Assembly: GCA_002269645.1 (NCBI GenBank)
Contig: NIVC01000684.1
Coordinates: 1 to 64,000, forward strand
Reading direction: 5' to 3'
Length of the DNA stretch: 64,000 nt
Origin: Macrostomum lignano
Taxonomy: Eukaryota
Shown: positions 1 through 14,500 of the stretch, piece after piece
Layout: the number at the start of each line of letters is the position of its first letter
Numbering within the stretch: the stretch's first letter is position 1
The notes under the pieces: generated by a model
What the model was told of the DNA's origin: nothing
What the model saw: only the letters and a program-made list of their open reading frames with translations
Databases searched by the model: none
Program-made: the position numbers and the translations under genes

Positions 1-1197
1 GAATGGATTGCTAATCTAGCGAATGAGTAGAATGGATTGCTAATCTAGCCAATGAGTAGAATGGATTGCTAATCTAGCCAATGAGTAGAATGGATTGCTA
101 ATCTAGCAATGAGTAGAATGGATTGCTAATCTAGCCAATGAGTAGAATGGATTGCTAATCTAGCCAATGAGTAGAATGGATTGCTAATCTAGCCAATGAG
201 TAGAATGGATTGCTAATCTAGCCAATGAGTAGAATGGATTGCTAATCTAGCCAATGAGTAGAATGGATTGCTAATCTAGCAATGAGTAGAATGGATTGCT
301 AATCTAGCAATGAGTAGAATGGATTGCTAATCTAGCCAATGAGTAGAATGGATTGCTAATCTAGCCAATGAGAATGGATTGCCAATCTAGACAATGAGTA
401 GAATGGATTGCTAATCTAGCCAATGAGTAAATGGATTGCTATCTAGACAATGAGTAGAATGTATTGCTAATCTAGCCAATGAGTAGAATTGGATTGCCTA
501 ATCTAGCCAATGAGTAGAATGGATTGCTAATCTAGACAATGAGTAGAATGGATTGCTAATCTAGACAATGAGTAGAGTGGATTGCTAATCTAGACAATGA
601 GTAGAATGGATTGCTAATCTAGCCATATGAGTAGAATGGATTGCTAATCTAGACAATGAGTAGAATGGATTGCTAATCTAGACAATGAGTAGAATGGATT
701 GCTAATCTAGACAATGAGTAGAATGGATTGCTAATCTAGACAATGAGTACAGTGGATTGCTAATCTAGGCAATGAGTAGAATGGATTGCTAATCTAGCCA
801 ATGAGTAGAATGGATTGCTAATCTAGACAATGAGTAGAATGGATTGCTAATCTAGACAATGAGTACAATGGATTGCTAATCTAGACAATGAGTACAGTGG
901 ATTGCTAATCTAGAATGTGTAGAATGGATTGCTAATCTAGCAATGAGTAGAATGGATTGCTAATCTAGACAATGAGTAGAATGGATTGCTAATCTAGACA
1001 ATGAGTACAATGGATTGCTAATCTAGACGATGAGTACAGTGGATTGCTAATCTAGACAATGAGTAGAATGGATTGCTAATCTAGACAATGAGTACAATGG
1101 ATTGCTAATCTAGACGATGAGTACAGTGGATTGCTAATCTAGACAATGAGTAGAATGGATTGCTAATCTAGCCAATGAGTACAATGGATTGCTAATC
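1..1197. repeat. 29-bp tandem repeat (gaatggattgctaatctagccaatgagta)
   Basis: Direct reading. Confidence 0.97.
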
Positions 1198-1869
1198 CAC
1201 CGCAGGGACCAGACGAACTTGTGCCAAGACTAACCCAAGACTACAGGGTAGCAGAATTGCTTGTAATCCATCTCTACATCATTAATAGCAACCGAAATCA
1301 TTGCATATTTACAATTTCGAATGCCATAAAGCTATCAGACAGGGAGACGGAACCAATAAAATTGTTGAATCTTATGCTGCCCTCCTCAGTTGGAGAGCGC
1401 AACAACACGTGGAATCGAAAAATGAGGCGTAGAACGGGAGAAATGAGGCGGAGAAGAGAAATGGAGAGTTGTCAATAAATTATTAACCCAACCTCCAGTC
1501 TCCAAGGGATGTTGGGTGATCCCATCGCTTGTCTTGAACAAGAGAGCGAACGAGGTGCATGCGATATGGTGACGGACGCTTGCAGATGAAGACGAGATGA
1601 AAAATCCGCACAAATCAATTATTCATTCGTCACCTCATGAGCAACATAGAATGGGAGAGATGAAGAGAGACGAGTATCGTACGCGATTCTGTCGTTCTAC
1701 CATTTTTTCTCTCTGCAATGGACTCAACGAAAGTGCTTTTTTCTGGGGCTCGGCTTTTATGATTATTATTTTTATGCTGTTATGCCTCTTGATTACTGAA
1801 TCGTCTGCTTAGTCAGACTGTCGTCGATATTAGGAATGCTATTTTTAACAAAAAACCGCCGTGCCATGT

Positions 1870-2445
1870 CCTTTCTATCCCTATGCGACACCAATCTCAC
1901 GCCGTGTCCTTTCTTATCTAACCCCAAGCGACACCCACCTCATGCCACGTCCTTTCTTATCTAACCCTAAGTGACACCCACCTTATGCCACGTCCTTTCT
2001 TATCAAAGCCCAAGCGACACCCACCTCACACCACGTACTTTCTTATCAAAGCCCAAGCGACACCCACCTCACACCACGTCCTTTCTTATCTAACCCTAAG
2101 TGACAACCACCTCACACCACGTACTTTCTTATCAAAGCCCAAGCGACACCCACCTCACACCACGTCCTTTCTTATCTAACCCTAAGTGACAACCACCTCA
2201 CACCACGTCCTTTCTTATCAAAGCCCAAGCGACACCCACCTCACACCACGTCCTTTCTTATCTAACCCTAAGTGACACCCACCTCACACCACGTCCTTTC
2301 TTATCAAAGCCCAAGCGACACCACCTCACACCACGTCCTTTCTTATCTAACCCTAAGCGACACCCACCTCATGATGCCACGTCCTTTCGATCTCTATGCA
2401 ACACCCACCACGCCACGTCCTTTCTTATCGAACCCTATGCGACGC
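1870..2445. repeat. ~42-bp minisatellite (ccacgtcctttcttatc...gacacccacctcaca)
   Basis: Direct reading. Confidence 0.9.
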
Positions 2446-2462
2446 CCAAAATTTATTTTCAG

Positions 2463-2555
2463 GTCATAAGCTTGGAAAGCTGGGTCGACATCATGTACTA
2501 TATTCAAGACGCGCACTCATTTTGGGCCTGGATCTACTTTGTTTCGCTAATTGTA
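2463..2555 (+). CDS. Cav3: Cav3 exon, domain I P-loop/S6 start
   Basis: ag|[31 protein letters not shown]|gtgagt. Confidence 0.95.
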
Positions 2556-5500
2556 GTGAGTAATAATTAATAAATTGATTTAATTAGTCGGCTTGAAATT
2601 ATTCTAAGTGATTCAGAGCATTTTAGTCACTCAGAAAACTCCAAGTAGCTATGTTTAGCATCCAGTGGTGAACGAGCACAGGAAAAACATGTCCAACGGA
2701 CTAAGTGTTTACCACCCGGCTGGCATCCATGCGATACAAATATTTTCCACTACTCTGATAGTTCGGCTCGGCATCACGGAGTGTTTTATCATTGCGCGTT
2801 GTTATTTATCTTGGCCTAACACCTAACACGTGGGCTTCCATCAAAGGCTACAGTGGGGGTGGAGGTCCGATGATGCACCCTCTCGGGAATCAATTCCTGG
2901 GGGAACTGCGCGCACCATCTCTGCCGGCTCTGCGCCGGGCCTGGGTAGCGCATTTTGGGCCAGATCAATATAAAGACATCTCCCAGCACAGCTGCTGCAG
3001 AGCTGGGCTGAGCCGCCGCTAAGCTATTCGATGGCGAGCTGAGCCGAAACAAGTTTTGGTCACGCGCGTGCGCTTTGTGTGTGCGTATTTTTTTTCTGGA
3101 GGAATTCAATATGAGGATTATGAAGATTATCAATAGTTGATGAGTTCAGTTCGAATGAGGCTAATGCTTGTTTTCGTGTCTGTCTTAGTGCCGGTCCTAG
3201 TGTTTCTCTTAGTGCCTGTCTTAGTGTCTGTCTTAGTGCCTGTCTTAGTGTCTGTCTTAGTGTCTGTCTTAGTGTCTGTCTTAGTGCCTGTCTTAGTGCC
3301 TGTCTTAGTGTTTCTATTAGTGCCTGTCTTAGTGCCTGTCTTAGTGTCTGTCTTAGTGCCTGTCTTAGTGTCTGTCTTAGTGTTTCTCTTAGTGTCTGTC
3401 TTAGTGCCTGTTTTAGTGTCTGTCTTAGTGTCTGTCTTAGTTTTTCTATTAGTGTCTGTCTTAGTGCCTGTCTTAGTGCCTGTCTTAGTGCCTGTCTTAG
3501 TGCCTGTCTTAGTGCCTGTCTTAGTGCCTGTCTTAGTGTCTGTCTTAGTGCCTGTCTTAGTGCCTGTTTTAGTGTCCGTCTTAGTGCCTGTCTTAGTGCC
3601 TGTCTTAGTGTTTCTCTTAGTGTCTGTCTGTCTGTCTTGGTGTCTGTCTTAGTGTCTTTCTTAGTGTCTTTCTTAGTGTGTGTCCTAGTGTCGGTCTTAG
3701 TGTCTGTCTGCCTGTCTGCCTGCCTGCCTGCCTGTCTGTCTGCCTGCCTGCCTGCCTGTCTGTCTGTCTGTCTGACTCTATTAACAGCCAGAATCGGCAT
3801 TGGCAACTCCTTTTTTTAGATTGGCTCCTTCTTTATGATCAACCTCTGCCTGGTTGTCATAGCTACGCAATTCTCCGAGACTAAGAAACGCGAAGTCGAA
3901 AAGATGCTTCAGGAGCGAAAGCGCTTCAAGTCGACGTCCAGCTTGCCCAGCTCGGCGGATCCGGGATCCTGCTATGGCCAGATCGTGAAACTGTTAATTA
4001 GACAGGTTCGCATAATCTTATAGGTTTTTCATTCAACTTGATTTCATGCGCCTAACTCAGATGAAAACTCAAATCATTACGAGTTTAGGTTCGTCGGCTA
4101 CGACGAGGTCTTCGTAGGCGCTATCAAGAGTTTCAACGTCAGCGAGGCGCGAATGCGACCGTCGTATCGGCGACTGCGGTGCTGGAGGCGGGCGAAACGA
4201 TGACGGCTGGAGGCCGGCCTCCCCTGTACCGGTTTGGCTGTCGCGAGTGCCAGCAACGAAACGAAGCCGTTACATTTCGTCAGCAGCTGTCGCCGCCACG
4301 CGCCAGTCCCGAGTGTCTTCCGATTTTGTGGACGAAGAGTCGACAAGCGCATCGGCGGCATCGGCTGCGGTTGCAACTGCAAGACGCGTGTCGTTGCAGC
4401 CTCCGCCGCACCTGCAGACGCATCAGGCGCTGTCGGTAAACGACGCGCAGGGTAGCCGACGGTCGTCTTGGAACAACTCCGACTGCCGGTGTCGCAGGAA
4501 CGAGTCAGCTAGGTCCAGCTTGAACTGCCGGTCGCTGCTGGCGGGCTACCGGGAGTCCGACCTGTTCCCGGCTGGCGGCTGGCACTGGTCCTCCATCTCT
4601 TCCTCAATTGCGGCACGAGAGATGACAGGTGAGCGTTGCTCTGCAAGTGCTGTTAGATACGAGCTGGGCCAGCCTCCCAGATCCTCAGTTGCTGGGCCAG
4701 CCTCCCAGATCCCCAGTTGCTGGGCCAGCCTTCCAGATCCTCAGTTGCTGGGCCAGCCTCTCAGATCCTCAGTTGCTGGGCCAGCCTCCCAGATCCTCAG
4801 TTGCTGGGCCACCCTCCCAGATCCTCAGTTGCTGGGCCAGCCTTCCAGATCCTCAGTTGCTGGGCAGCCTCCCAGATCACCAGTTGCTGGGTCAGCCTCC
4901 CAGATCCTCAGTTGCTGGGCCAGCCTCCCAGAGTGTCAGTTGCTGGGCCAGCTTCCCAGGTTCTCAGTTGCTAGGCCAGCCTCCCAGATAATCAGTTGCT
5001 GGGCCAGCCTCCCAGGTTCTCAGTTGCTAGGCCAGCCTCCCAGATCCTCAGTTGCTCTCGTAATATGGTGGGGCTGTGGCACTACTGCAAATCAAGGCAA
5101 GCAAACACACGCTCCCTCAGGATGTACGGCGGTTCCTGACTTTCTAATCGTCGGGCACGTACATAACTGTAGTCTTTTTTACAACCTCCAAAAACCCCCT
5201 CCGGGCCAATTTTTGGGCACGCAAGTCCCAACTGAATGGGCTTCCTTCCACATGTACTTGAGTGGTTCGCAATTCGTTTTTCTGGGCATTTTTAGCTGAT
5301 TGGCAATTAATTGCTTGCTCAGGTGGCAAAAAAGCAGTTAGAGTCGATCTTAGACTTGCATGCGTTCGTTCAATCTGAAAAAAGAAGCAATTAAGATGAG
5401 ATACTAGAAGAGATCAGGAGAGGTAGGAGAAGGCAGGTGAGGTAAAAACATCATGGGCTAATTAAAAAATTGTCATTTATTCTTAGCAACTATAGGCTCA

Positions 5501-8500
5501 AACGAAATGTTTTGATATCCAAAGGATCTCTGGCTACACATATATGTTATTTCTTTTCGAACTAATTCGAGTTGAAAAGTACTCGAAAAGGCCAAATGAC
5601 GTCAATTATTTAATTCGATTCACTTGCAGCTGCAGCACCGCAAACTGAGAAACTGCTGGGCCGCTTGTCTCGAGCTCCTCTCGGCCGGCTGAGGTCGAGC
5701 GGCAATCTGCTTACCTGTGAGCCTGATTGGGCACTGTAATTTTACCGTTCCCAGTGCAGCTAGCATGCCCCTTGGCCTGTCTACCTGCTGGACAGAAACT
5801 GGTTACCACTTAAAGACATGATCGAGATTGTTTATAGAAGGAGGTCCACTTCAAAACACAGGTGTCCGCTTCAAGACACATTTCCACTTTATAATACAAA
5901 TGTCCACTTCAAGACATAAATGTCCGCTTCAATGCACAGATGCCCAATCAAGGCACAGATGTCCACTTTAAAACACAACTGACCACTCCAAGAAACAACT
6001 GACCACTCCAAGACACAACTGACCACTCCAAGACACAACTGACCACTCCAAGACACAACTGACCACTCCAAGACACAACTGACCACTCCAAGACATAACT
6101 GACCACTACAAGACACAACTGACCACTCCAAGACACAACTGACCACTCCAAGACACAACTGACCACTCCAAGACACAACTGACCACTCCAAGACACAACT
6201 GACCACTCCAAGACACAACTGACACTCCAAGACACAACTGACCACTCCAAGACACAACTGGCCACTTTAGGACGCGTGCAAAAACTTTTTAAAACACAGA
6301 TTTTTGTCCAAATAAATACAGAGTTATCCATTTCGAGAAAGTGATAGCAGGGTTTATAACAGTAGTTTAACTGTACCTGACTTAAGAACCAATGAGCAAT
6401 TCTGAAACCTTTTCCAGCATTTTGGAAGACAATCCGACGTCAGGTTAAGCAGCTCATTGATCACAGATTTTTTCAACGAGGGATTCTAATTGCCATACTC
6501 ATCAACACTATGAGCATGGGCATCGAGTTTCACAACCAGGTAAGCAAAAAATCCGTACAGTTATAATAACGGAAACAAATTCACAACTTTCTCAATAAAA
6601 CTACTCAATATTCAGCCGCAAACGCTCACGGACATCATTGAGTACAGCAACGTGTTCTTTTGTGGCGTATTTGCTCTAGAGATGCTGCTCAAACTGCTGG
6701 GCGATGGTCTCATTGACTATGTCAGCAGCGGATTCAACGTCTTCGATGCGTCCATTGTTATTTTGAGGTGAGTAGCTAGTTTAATCGTTTCTTTATTTAC
6801 AAATTGAATAAACATGAATTGTTATTAACAGTGTGCCTATTGAGATATCACTTACCCACAAAATTTCGTAAATGTTCTAAATATAAATAGATACTGTCAT
6901 GAGGGTTATTTGTCGCGGTCAGGCTCGGGTCGTGCGGCGCGAGACACATACGCTGCTCTGCCCCTCCATATACATTTAGATCTATCTACTATAGAAGCTT
7001 ATATTTAAAATCATACTACGGAACTTTAACCTACAGAAAACTTACCAATTGTAGCATTATGCAATACTGTTGGGTAGTTACATGTATAGCTATATGCTCC
7101 TACACCCACACAGATAAGATTTAATTCACACTGGTTTAAACATTTTTCGCAGCGGTTTCGAGCTTCTGCAAGGTCACGGCAGCGGCCTATCGGTACTGCG
7201 CACCTTCCGTCTGCTTCGAATACTCAAGCTGGTGAGATTTCTGCCGGCTTTGCGACAACAGCTATTCGTCATGCTCAAGACTATGGATAATGTTGCTACG
7301 TTCTTTGCATTGCTAGTGCTGTTTATCTTCATATTTAGGTAAGTGAAAAACTATTTAATCATAATATTTTCATTGTTTTTTTCATCATAAATTACATGTA
7401 TGTTTATGCGTACAATAACTGTAAACATATCACTTTATTCATGACCTACTGATGAAGTAACTCTGATTTGTTTAAATGAGCGTTTTTTCCCGAATGAATA
7501 GCATAAATTTCCAAGTACTTTATCGTTGATTTTCGAATTGAAAATCAATTATTTGCTACTCTAGAATTGCATTGCTTCTGCTATACTTGGCTCAGTTCGA
7601 GTTGCTAAACACAAAGTTCTTGCTCAAACATTTAGAAAAAAAAGAATAACAAACGAAGAAGCGTCCGTAATTGGCCTGCGCCTGATTGAGAGATTGCTCG
7701 TTTGGCCTGGCAATCTGTTCATGATCTTTGCTGGAAATCGCTCGCCGCAACCCTTCTTACTACAGCAGATTTAATCCCCGGGATTGAGCAGGGAATGGAG
7801 GATGAGAGAAAAGGAGAGAAGGCCGAGTATGCACTTTTTCAAATACGAGCCGTAGATCAAGCATCCATAACGCGATAGAAAAGGGCAGGAGGGGTTGCCG
7901 AGCATCTCGGAGACAACTGCAGGGTCAGAGCAACGGCAAGGCAAAGGCTAACTGGAATTTGTTCCGCATGGTTTCTCCAGATCATCCCCTCTTTCTCTTC
8001 CCCAGCCGTCCCGCTTGTCATCGCGAGCTGTCCTGACGATGAAAGCCAGAACTAAAGAGATGTTTGCGTGCGTTTAATTCTCTGAGGGTCAATGAAACAC
8101 GAAGCAGTTCCTGTTTCCTAATTACTTTGTAGAATATTCACAATATCTGTTGCAGCTTTGCTTTAATTAAAAATGACGCAGACATCATTACGGACGCATC
8201 GACTTTCTGACTATTACATTATTACCGATTTCCCATTTTTCCAAGTTTTTGAGTTCGAATATCTCGATTTGCATCAAAATGGTGTAAAAGGTGTGCTTTA
8301 AAATTGACGAGAATTTTGTCGTAAAAATATTTATCTTTGGCTGTGTTTTTGTGCCATTTTTTGTGAAGTCTTCCGAGGAAACTTTTTCGATAGAAAGCAG
8401 AAAGAAGAGCCATGCAATATCTGCTTGATAGACCAAAATTGTAATTCATATTTTTCAGGTCATTAGACTTTCATGTACGATATCACTGATACATGCGTGC

Positions 8501-11500
8501 AAAGTTGCCAAATTTCTGGTTTAGAAATTCAAGCTAACAAGTAACAATTACGAGGTTCCAGTTAGTTTTGTAATATGCCTCATCTTTGATAGCGCCCACT
8601 TGGTGTGTGTAATGTTAGCGCTCGTTCGGTAATGATTGGGCCGCGCTAACCCAATGTTTCAGCATATTGGGCATGAGTCTGTTCGGCTGTCAATTCTGCG
8701 GTACAACACCGCGTGGCAACTACAGATGCGCAAGGCAGAACTTTGACACCCTGCTGTGGGCAACTGTCACCGTTTTTCAGGTATTCTTTGTGGCTCCAGA
8801 GACTGACTGAACATGAGCAGGTAGTGCTCCTGGGGTTAGGTGGGTTGTCACGCCACACTAAAGCCAGCGCGCCGGTGTCTTTTTGACAGGCTGTTTTGTT
8901 TTGTCTTTAAATTTTTCTACAATACTCGCTTGCAGTTTCGTGTGCATTTTTTATTCGTTCGTCTTTTGGTAGTTCAATTAAGTACGGCAACCTAGTCGCT
9001 TTGGGGAAGAAGCGATTGAAAAACTTGAGAAGTATGATCAAACTACTCGTAATAATCCATATGAAATATTTTCATGTTTTTAAGAAATCTTCAAGCGACT
9101 AGATTGCTGTTTAGATCAAAATTTGGCTGTTATAGAACTAACTCAGCCTAATGTTGCACCGCATGAAACGTTCTCAATGTACGCTCGTAGTATTGTAGTG
9201 ACTTTTCTATTCAACAACTATTAAAATCAAACAAAGCGGTGTAACTTCTCTTTGAAATAACATCGAATAATAAGTTTACTATCGAGTTTTTCAGATAATT
9301 AGGAAAGATTTTTAATAGCAGCCATTTTTGACTACGTGGTCGTTTGTGAAACGTTTTAGTAAATATTTAGCGTATTGTCGAACTCTTGTCAACTACTGTA
9401 GCTTGCAAACTGGTAGCAATTGTAGCACAACTTCGCACTAAATTTTACTTCTTTTGAGACGCTGCTGCCTTCTTGGCAGCTTTCCTGTAATCTTGTAGTT
9501 TACCACAGAAATGTTTTGTAGTATACTCTACTAATAAGTAATATGCCCAGTTTTTGCGCCAAAGAAACAGTTCTACCGCTCGTCATTGCAAGTTGTTTGT
9601 TTTCACACAAAGTCCACAGTTGCCATGACATCCGCACTGATGTACATCTCTCCCGTATCCAATCCTCCCCTTACTCTATGCTATGCCCATCTCAGCGTCC
9701 TTGGCATGACCCTGTTTGGTGGTAAGTTCTGCTGGCATCCCGACGGCTCGACGTGCACTTGTTCAGAGCGCGCCGATCCTGACACGGACTGCGAGTGCGA
9801 CAGAGCCAACTTCGACAGCATCATGTGGTCGCTGGTGACAGTATTCCAGGTAGAACGGCTAGCTTTACGGAGTGATCATCCACCTTCTAATTGCTTGCAG
9901 ATTAGGGAGGCCAAAGGGCCTTTTTGGATGAAGTGCAAGTTTGGTTATTCAACCAGCAGATATAAATTAGAAATGTACACTTGTCAACCATTCACAGTAG
10001 CATTATGACATTTAATCCATGCCAGATTTGCAAAAGAGACGAAGGGTTGATTTCATTTCTCTATGATCTCAAAGTCTGCCATTGCAACATTTAATTTAGT
10101 CTTATAAACGTCAGTTTTGGTCTTCTACGCCTGTAAAATCAAGCCAATCGTCGAGGCTGTCAACTCATATCGCCATGGAGCATCAACAAGAATTCTTGAG
10201 AAGAGCTAGAAAGCAATTAGATTTGACTCGTCTGGTTTATAGTTTAGGATACTAAGGGGCTGATTTCGCGTGCTGTTTAAGAAGTGCTGTTTATTGGATC
10301 TTCACATACTGGAATAACTATATGTGACACTCACAATTCAATGTGTGAAATATTAGTGTCTACACTTCTTTCAGTATCAGCCCAATGTCACTTAAATTTG
10401 CCATCTTCTTTTCCTTGGGTTTTTTGGCCTCAGGAGCGTAGGAGTTATTAATGAACAAAAAGCATTTAACTCAATGTACACAAGTAAAGGCAAGATGGAC
10501 TTAACGCAGCCTAGGGGGCAGGCCCAATCGGTCTCAGCCAATGAGAGAGCAGTAAAGAGAGAGGTCAAAGTCAGACAGACGAAACTCAGCCTAGGGGCGG
10601 GCAGGCCCAATCTCGATCAGCCAATGAGAGAGCAGTAAGGAGAGAGTTCTAAGTAAGACGGACGAAACTCAGCCTAGGGGGCAGGCCCAATCGGTCTCAG
10701 CCAATGAGAGAGCAGGTAAGGAGAGAGGTCAAAGTCAGACACAAGCGGGCAAGAGGAAAGCCAAACTGTTTGCTTATCGGCCTAGCCCTTCTCCTTCTCT
10801 TTCTTGCTGGCTATGCACACGCACTGGATTTGGAGTTTTCATGCAATCTTCATTCAGTCTTACTTTTATTCTTTTTAAAAAAACGAGTCTGAGACAGCTT
10901 GGAGTAGGTGAAACAGGGTCTTTAATGGGTCTTTAATGGGTCTGCTTGTAGAAAGCCATTGTTGCAGCATAAAAAGGAACTTTAAACGTTGTGTAAAAAT
11001 GATTTTATTAGATTATATTATAACTAATTAATCTTTGCTATGAAACTAACCTTTGTACAGTGTAAGTCCGTTTAACAGTAGAAAGACCACACTAGGCAAT
11101 TGAAATCCATAAATATATATATATATACATGTATATACATTTGATCAGAATGAGTAGTTGGAATCCCTTTTGGCTTGGGTTGATAGCTGAAATTCCTACA
11201 GTTACTGATGTCTGTCTACTGAATCAGGAAGAAGCCTTTGACAGCGTTATATTGTCACAAATTAATAATTATATTTTCTTAATCCTTGATGTTTTTGACA
11301 TACTGCATTGCAAATACCCACTAGCACCATTAATTAGCAGAAAAGTCTATGGACTGTTTCGTATTTTTATTTAACTTTCCAATGGATGTTGTGCTGTGTC
11401 TGGCTTAATAAAGTGTGGCTTTTTATTTACTATTTGGGTTTTTAGGAGGCATGCTATAGGAACTGCGTATTGAGTAGCTACATTCATTTGTTTTTTGCTA

Positions 11501-14500
11501 AAACCCGATTACTGTATATTAATTTTTAGGAGCTAGATTTTCAGTGTTTAATGAATGGATACTCAGTGTGCATATGAGTGGATATTCATGAGTGTTTAAT
11601 AAATGGATACTCAGTTTTTAATTGAATGGATACTCAGTGTGTATATGAGTGGATATTCAGTGTCTATATGGGTGGATATTCAGTGCGTATATGGGCGGAT
11701 ATTCAGTGTCTATATGGGTGGATATTCAGTGTCTATATGGGTGGATGTTCAGTGTTTATATGGGCGGATATTCAGTGTCTATATGGTTGGATTTTCACTG
11801 TCTATATGGGTGGATATTTATGACTATGAATAATGAACTAAACTGTACAACAACTTTCACGTCAACCATTGGCAGATCCTGACCCAGGAGGATTGGAACA
11901 CGGTCCTCTACAATGGCATGGCGAGAACTTCGCCTTGGGCGGCTCTGTACTTTATTGCTCTAATGACATTTGGCAACTATGTGCTATTCAATCTGCTGGT
12001 TGCCATCCTCGTTGAAGGATTTTCCAGCGAGGTGAGAATGACGTCATCAATAAACTCTGCCTGCGTTTTATTAGAAATGATTTTAAATTGCTAACCAAAC
12101 TTCCTTTGAGCACAATTACTTTATATGTTTCATGGAGTTTAGCCTGGCATTTGAAAACATCAGGAATATCATGTGAAATTTTTCGAGCTAGCCATCATAC
12201 TTCAGCTGTAGAGTAATTCCATGCTAGTTAGCATTATTAGCGATGGACATTATGGACCCCATGATGCACCGGCTCTGCTTGCTAGCTGAACTTGTAACCT
12301 ACTCATACTTGCTCACTGGTTCCATATCACAAAGTTTTAACCCATAATTAACCAATGCGAAACTTTATACAAACTTTTTTTTACGTAATTTTTTATGTTT
12401 AAACCTACGAGTACCAGTGCCTCCGCAAGCTCAATCACAATATCCCTCCTTCTGGGCTAACGGAGCAAGTGTGAGTGTCTGATGCGCCAGGCTCGATTCC
12501 AAGTGCAGTCACATCAATCTGGGGCTAAATTGGAATCTCGGCTTGGCTCTGCTCGTGCAATTAACGCCCAGCTTGAGGGCCAACCCCAAAGGCACAGCAA
12601 AGTGTACGTGTCTAACGATAAATAAAGTTAGGGCCGCTGTACACTCCTGTGTGAGTGTGTGCCTGTGCGTATGACTGCGTACGTATCCGCACACTTGTGT
12701 GCCTGCTCAGGGGAGTCGGTTGAATGGGCAGTAATGCCTCTCGCCGGCTGTGTGACAATGTCGCTTAAAGTGTGCCAGGATGCACACAGCCCCTGCCTTT
12801 AATTGAAAAATAAAAAATACAGTTGACTGCCAAGGAAGCTAAGTTAGTTTCAGCCGTTCCTGTCTGTTTAGTGCAGCTTTATCAAAGATTTTCGAAGATT
12901 TTTCGCGACCAAATTTTCTATGACGAAACACCATCAGTGCTTGTGCAAAAAAAGTAAATCTTTGCAAAATCCGTTTAGAACAGAACTGCATTACAGCTCT
13001 CTAATAATGCTTCGTAATCTTTTAAAGCTAATCTAAGTAGTATTTGTGATATGCAAACGCAATTCGTCACTACTGCTTTCGAGTACTTTTGCACCTATAC
13101 GCGTTTAATCTTTCTCTCAACAGAGAAAATATTATATCATGGAAAAGTACCGACTGCAAAAGGTAATGAAAAAAGTTTGCATGCATTCCCAGCCGAACTA
13201 TTTGGATTTTTGACGCTTGCTATACTGAGCAGACTTTTGCATTATGAAAGTAAAAAGAGTTGCGTTAATTTACTATGTTGTCAAGACTTTTATAATATGA
13301 ATAAAAATTGGCTGAAACTGTACAATCAGAATCAATGTAGTCCAGCGGTGAACGCGTCTGACTCTCGCGATACACGACCCTGGGTTCGAATCCCTGCGTG
13401 GCCACATTGATTTGTTTGAAAGTCAAGGGTCGCTGTACACCTTGTCATCAGCCATATATTCGAATTTTATGCGTTAATTTTTATTTGTCTTTTGGCAATG
13501 TGGATACGACTATATAGAGTCGCAGGATCAAAAGTCTATCGCTTATTTTAACATTGTGTCTTCTGACACGTAGCCGCCTAAGTTTTCATTCCTATCGCTA
13601 ATCGAAAAAGGTATTATATTATAGTTTGTCTGTTTTTCTTTTAAACTTCAACTCTCGCAGTACGAATATTTCATTGCTACTTTACTCGTATAAGTCGCAT
13701 TTCGTATTGCAAAATATTTAGTAGCTAAAAGACATTCTCCAATATTCAACAGTTGAACTCTTCAATGTTGTCCAACCTTTTAATTGACCCCAACGCAACT
13801 TAAAAACTGTTTTTTTCAAAGAGGAATTAATGCCCAAATTCGGTGAACCAGAGTTTTAATTACCCTAAAAAGATTACCTGACAATTTTTGCGAGCGCAGA
13901 AAGCGGCCAGTTCTGTCCAGCTCAACTCAGTTCACGGCGCCGACTCCGGCCTGGGGCCAGGCAGCGACGCCGAGGACGCCGAGGACGGGGAGCCGCCCGA
14001 CACCGTCGAATTGTCGAAGCGACGCCTGCCCAGTCGACTGTTCGGTGAGAGTTTTGTTGCGATCGATAGGTTAAGTCTGATTCAAATCCATTTAAACTGA
14101 CAGAGCGAAATGATGAGAACTTGCTTAAGGACTGCGATAAATCTCGATTCCTATATAGATTCCATCAAAGCAAACTCGAAACCTACTCAAAACCTGCTCA
14201 AAATCTACTCAAAACCTACTCAAAACCTACTCAAAACCTGCTCAAAACCAACTCAAAACCTACTCAAAATCTACTCAAAGCCTATTTAAAGCTTAGATGA
14301 AAGCCTACCCAAAACCTACTAAAAACCTACACTAGGCCTACTCAAAACCTACCCAAAACCTACCTAAAACCTACCTAAAACCTACCCAAAGCCTACTCAA
14401 AACCTACACAAAGCCTACTCACAGCCTATCTAAAGCCTATACTCAAAGTCTATCAATGCTTATAAAAATTGCAAACTCAAATACTCAAAACCTGGCAAAA

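Noticed and set aside
1206-1250. Possible upstream Cav3 exon after ccaccgcag
   Set aside because: No frame gives the expected NP..GAI.FDNIG..W..IFQ sequence.
3060-3806. Long ORFs across tandem repeats (also 25273-26651, 31048-32498, 32615-33572, 34945-35588, 36281-38002, 57105-58932)
   Set aside because: They are open only because the repeat units lack stops; the translations are periodic and lie in introns or intergenic DNA.
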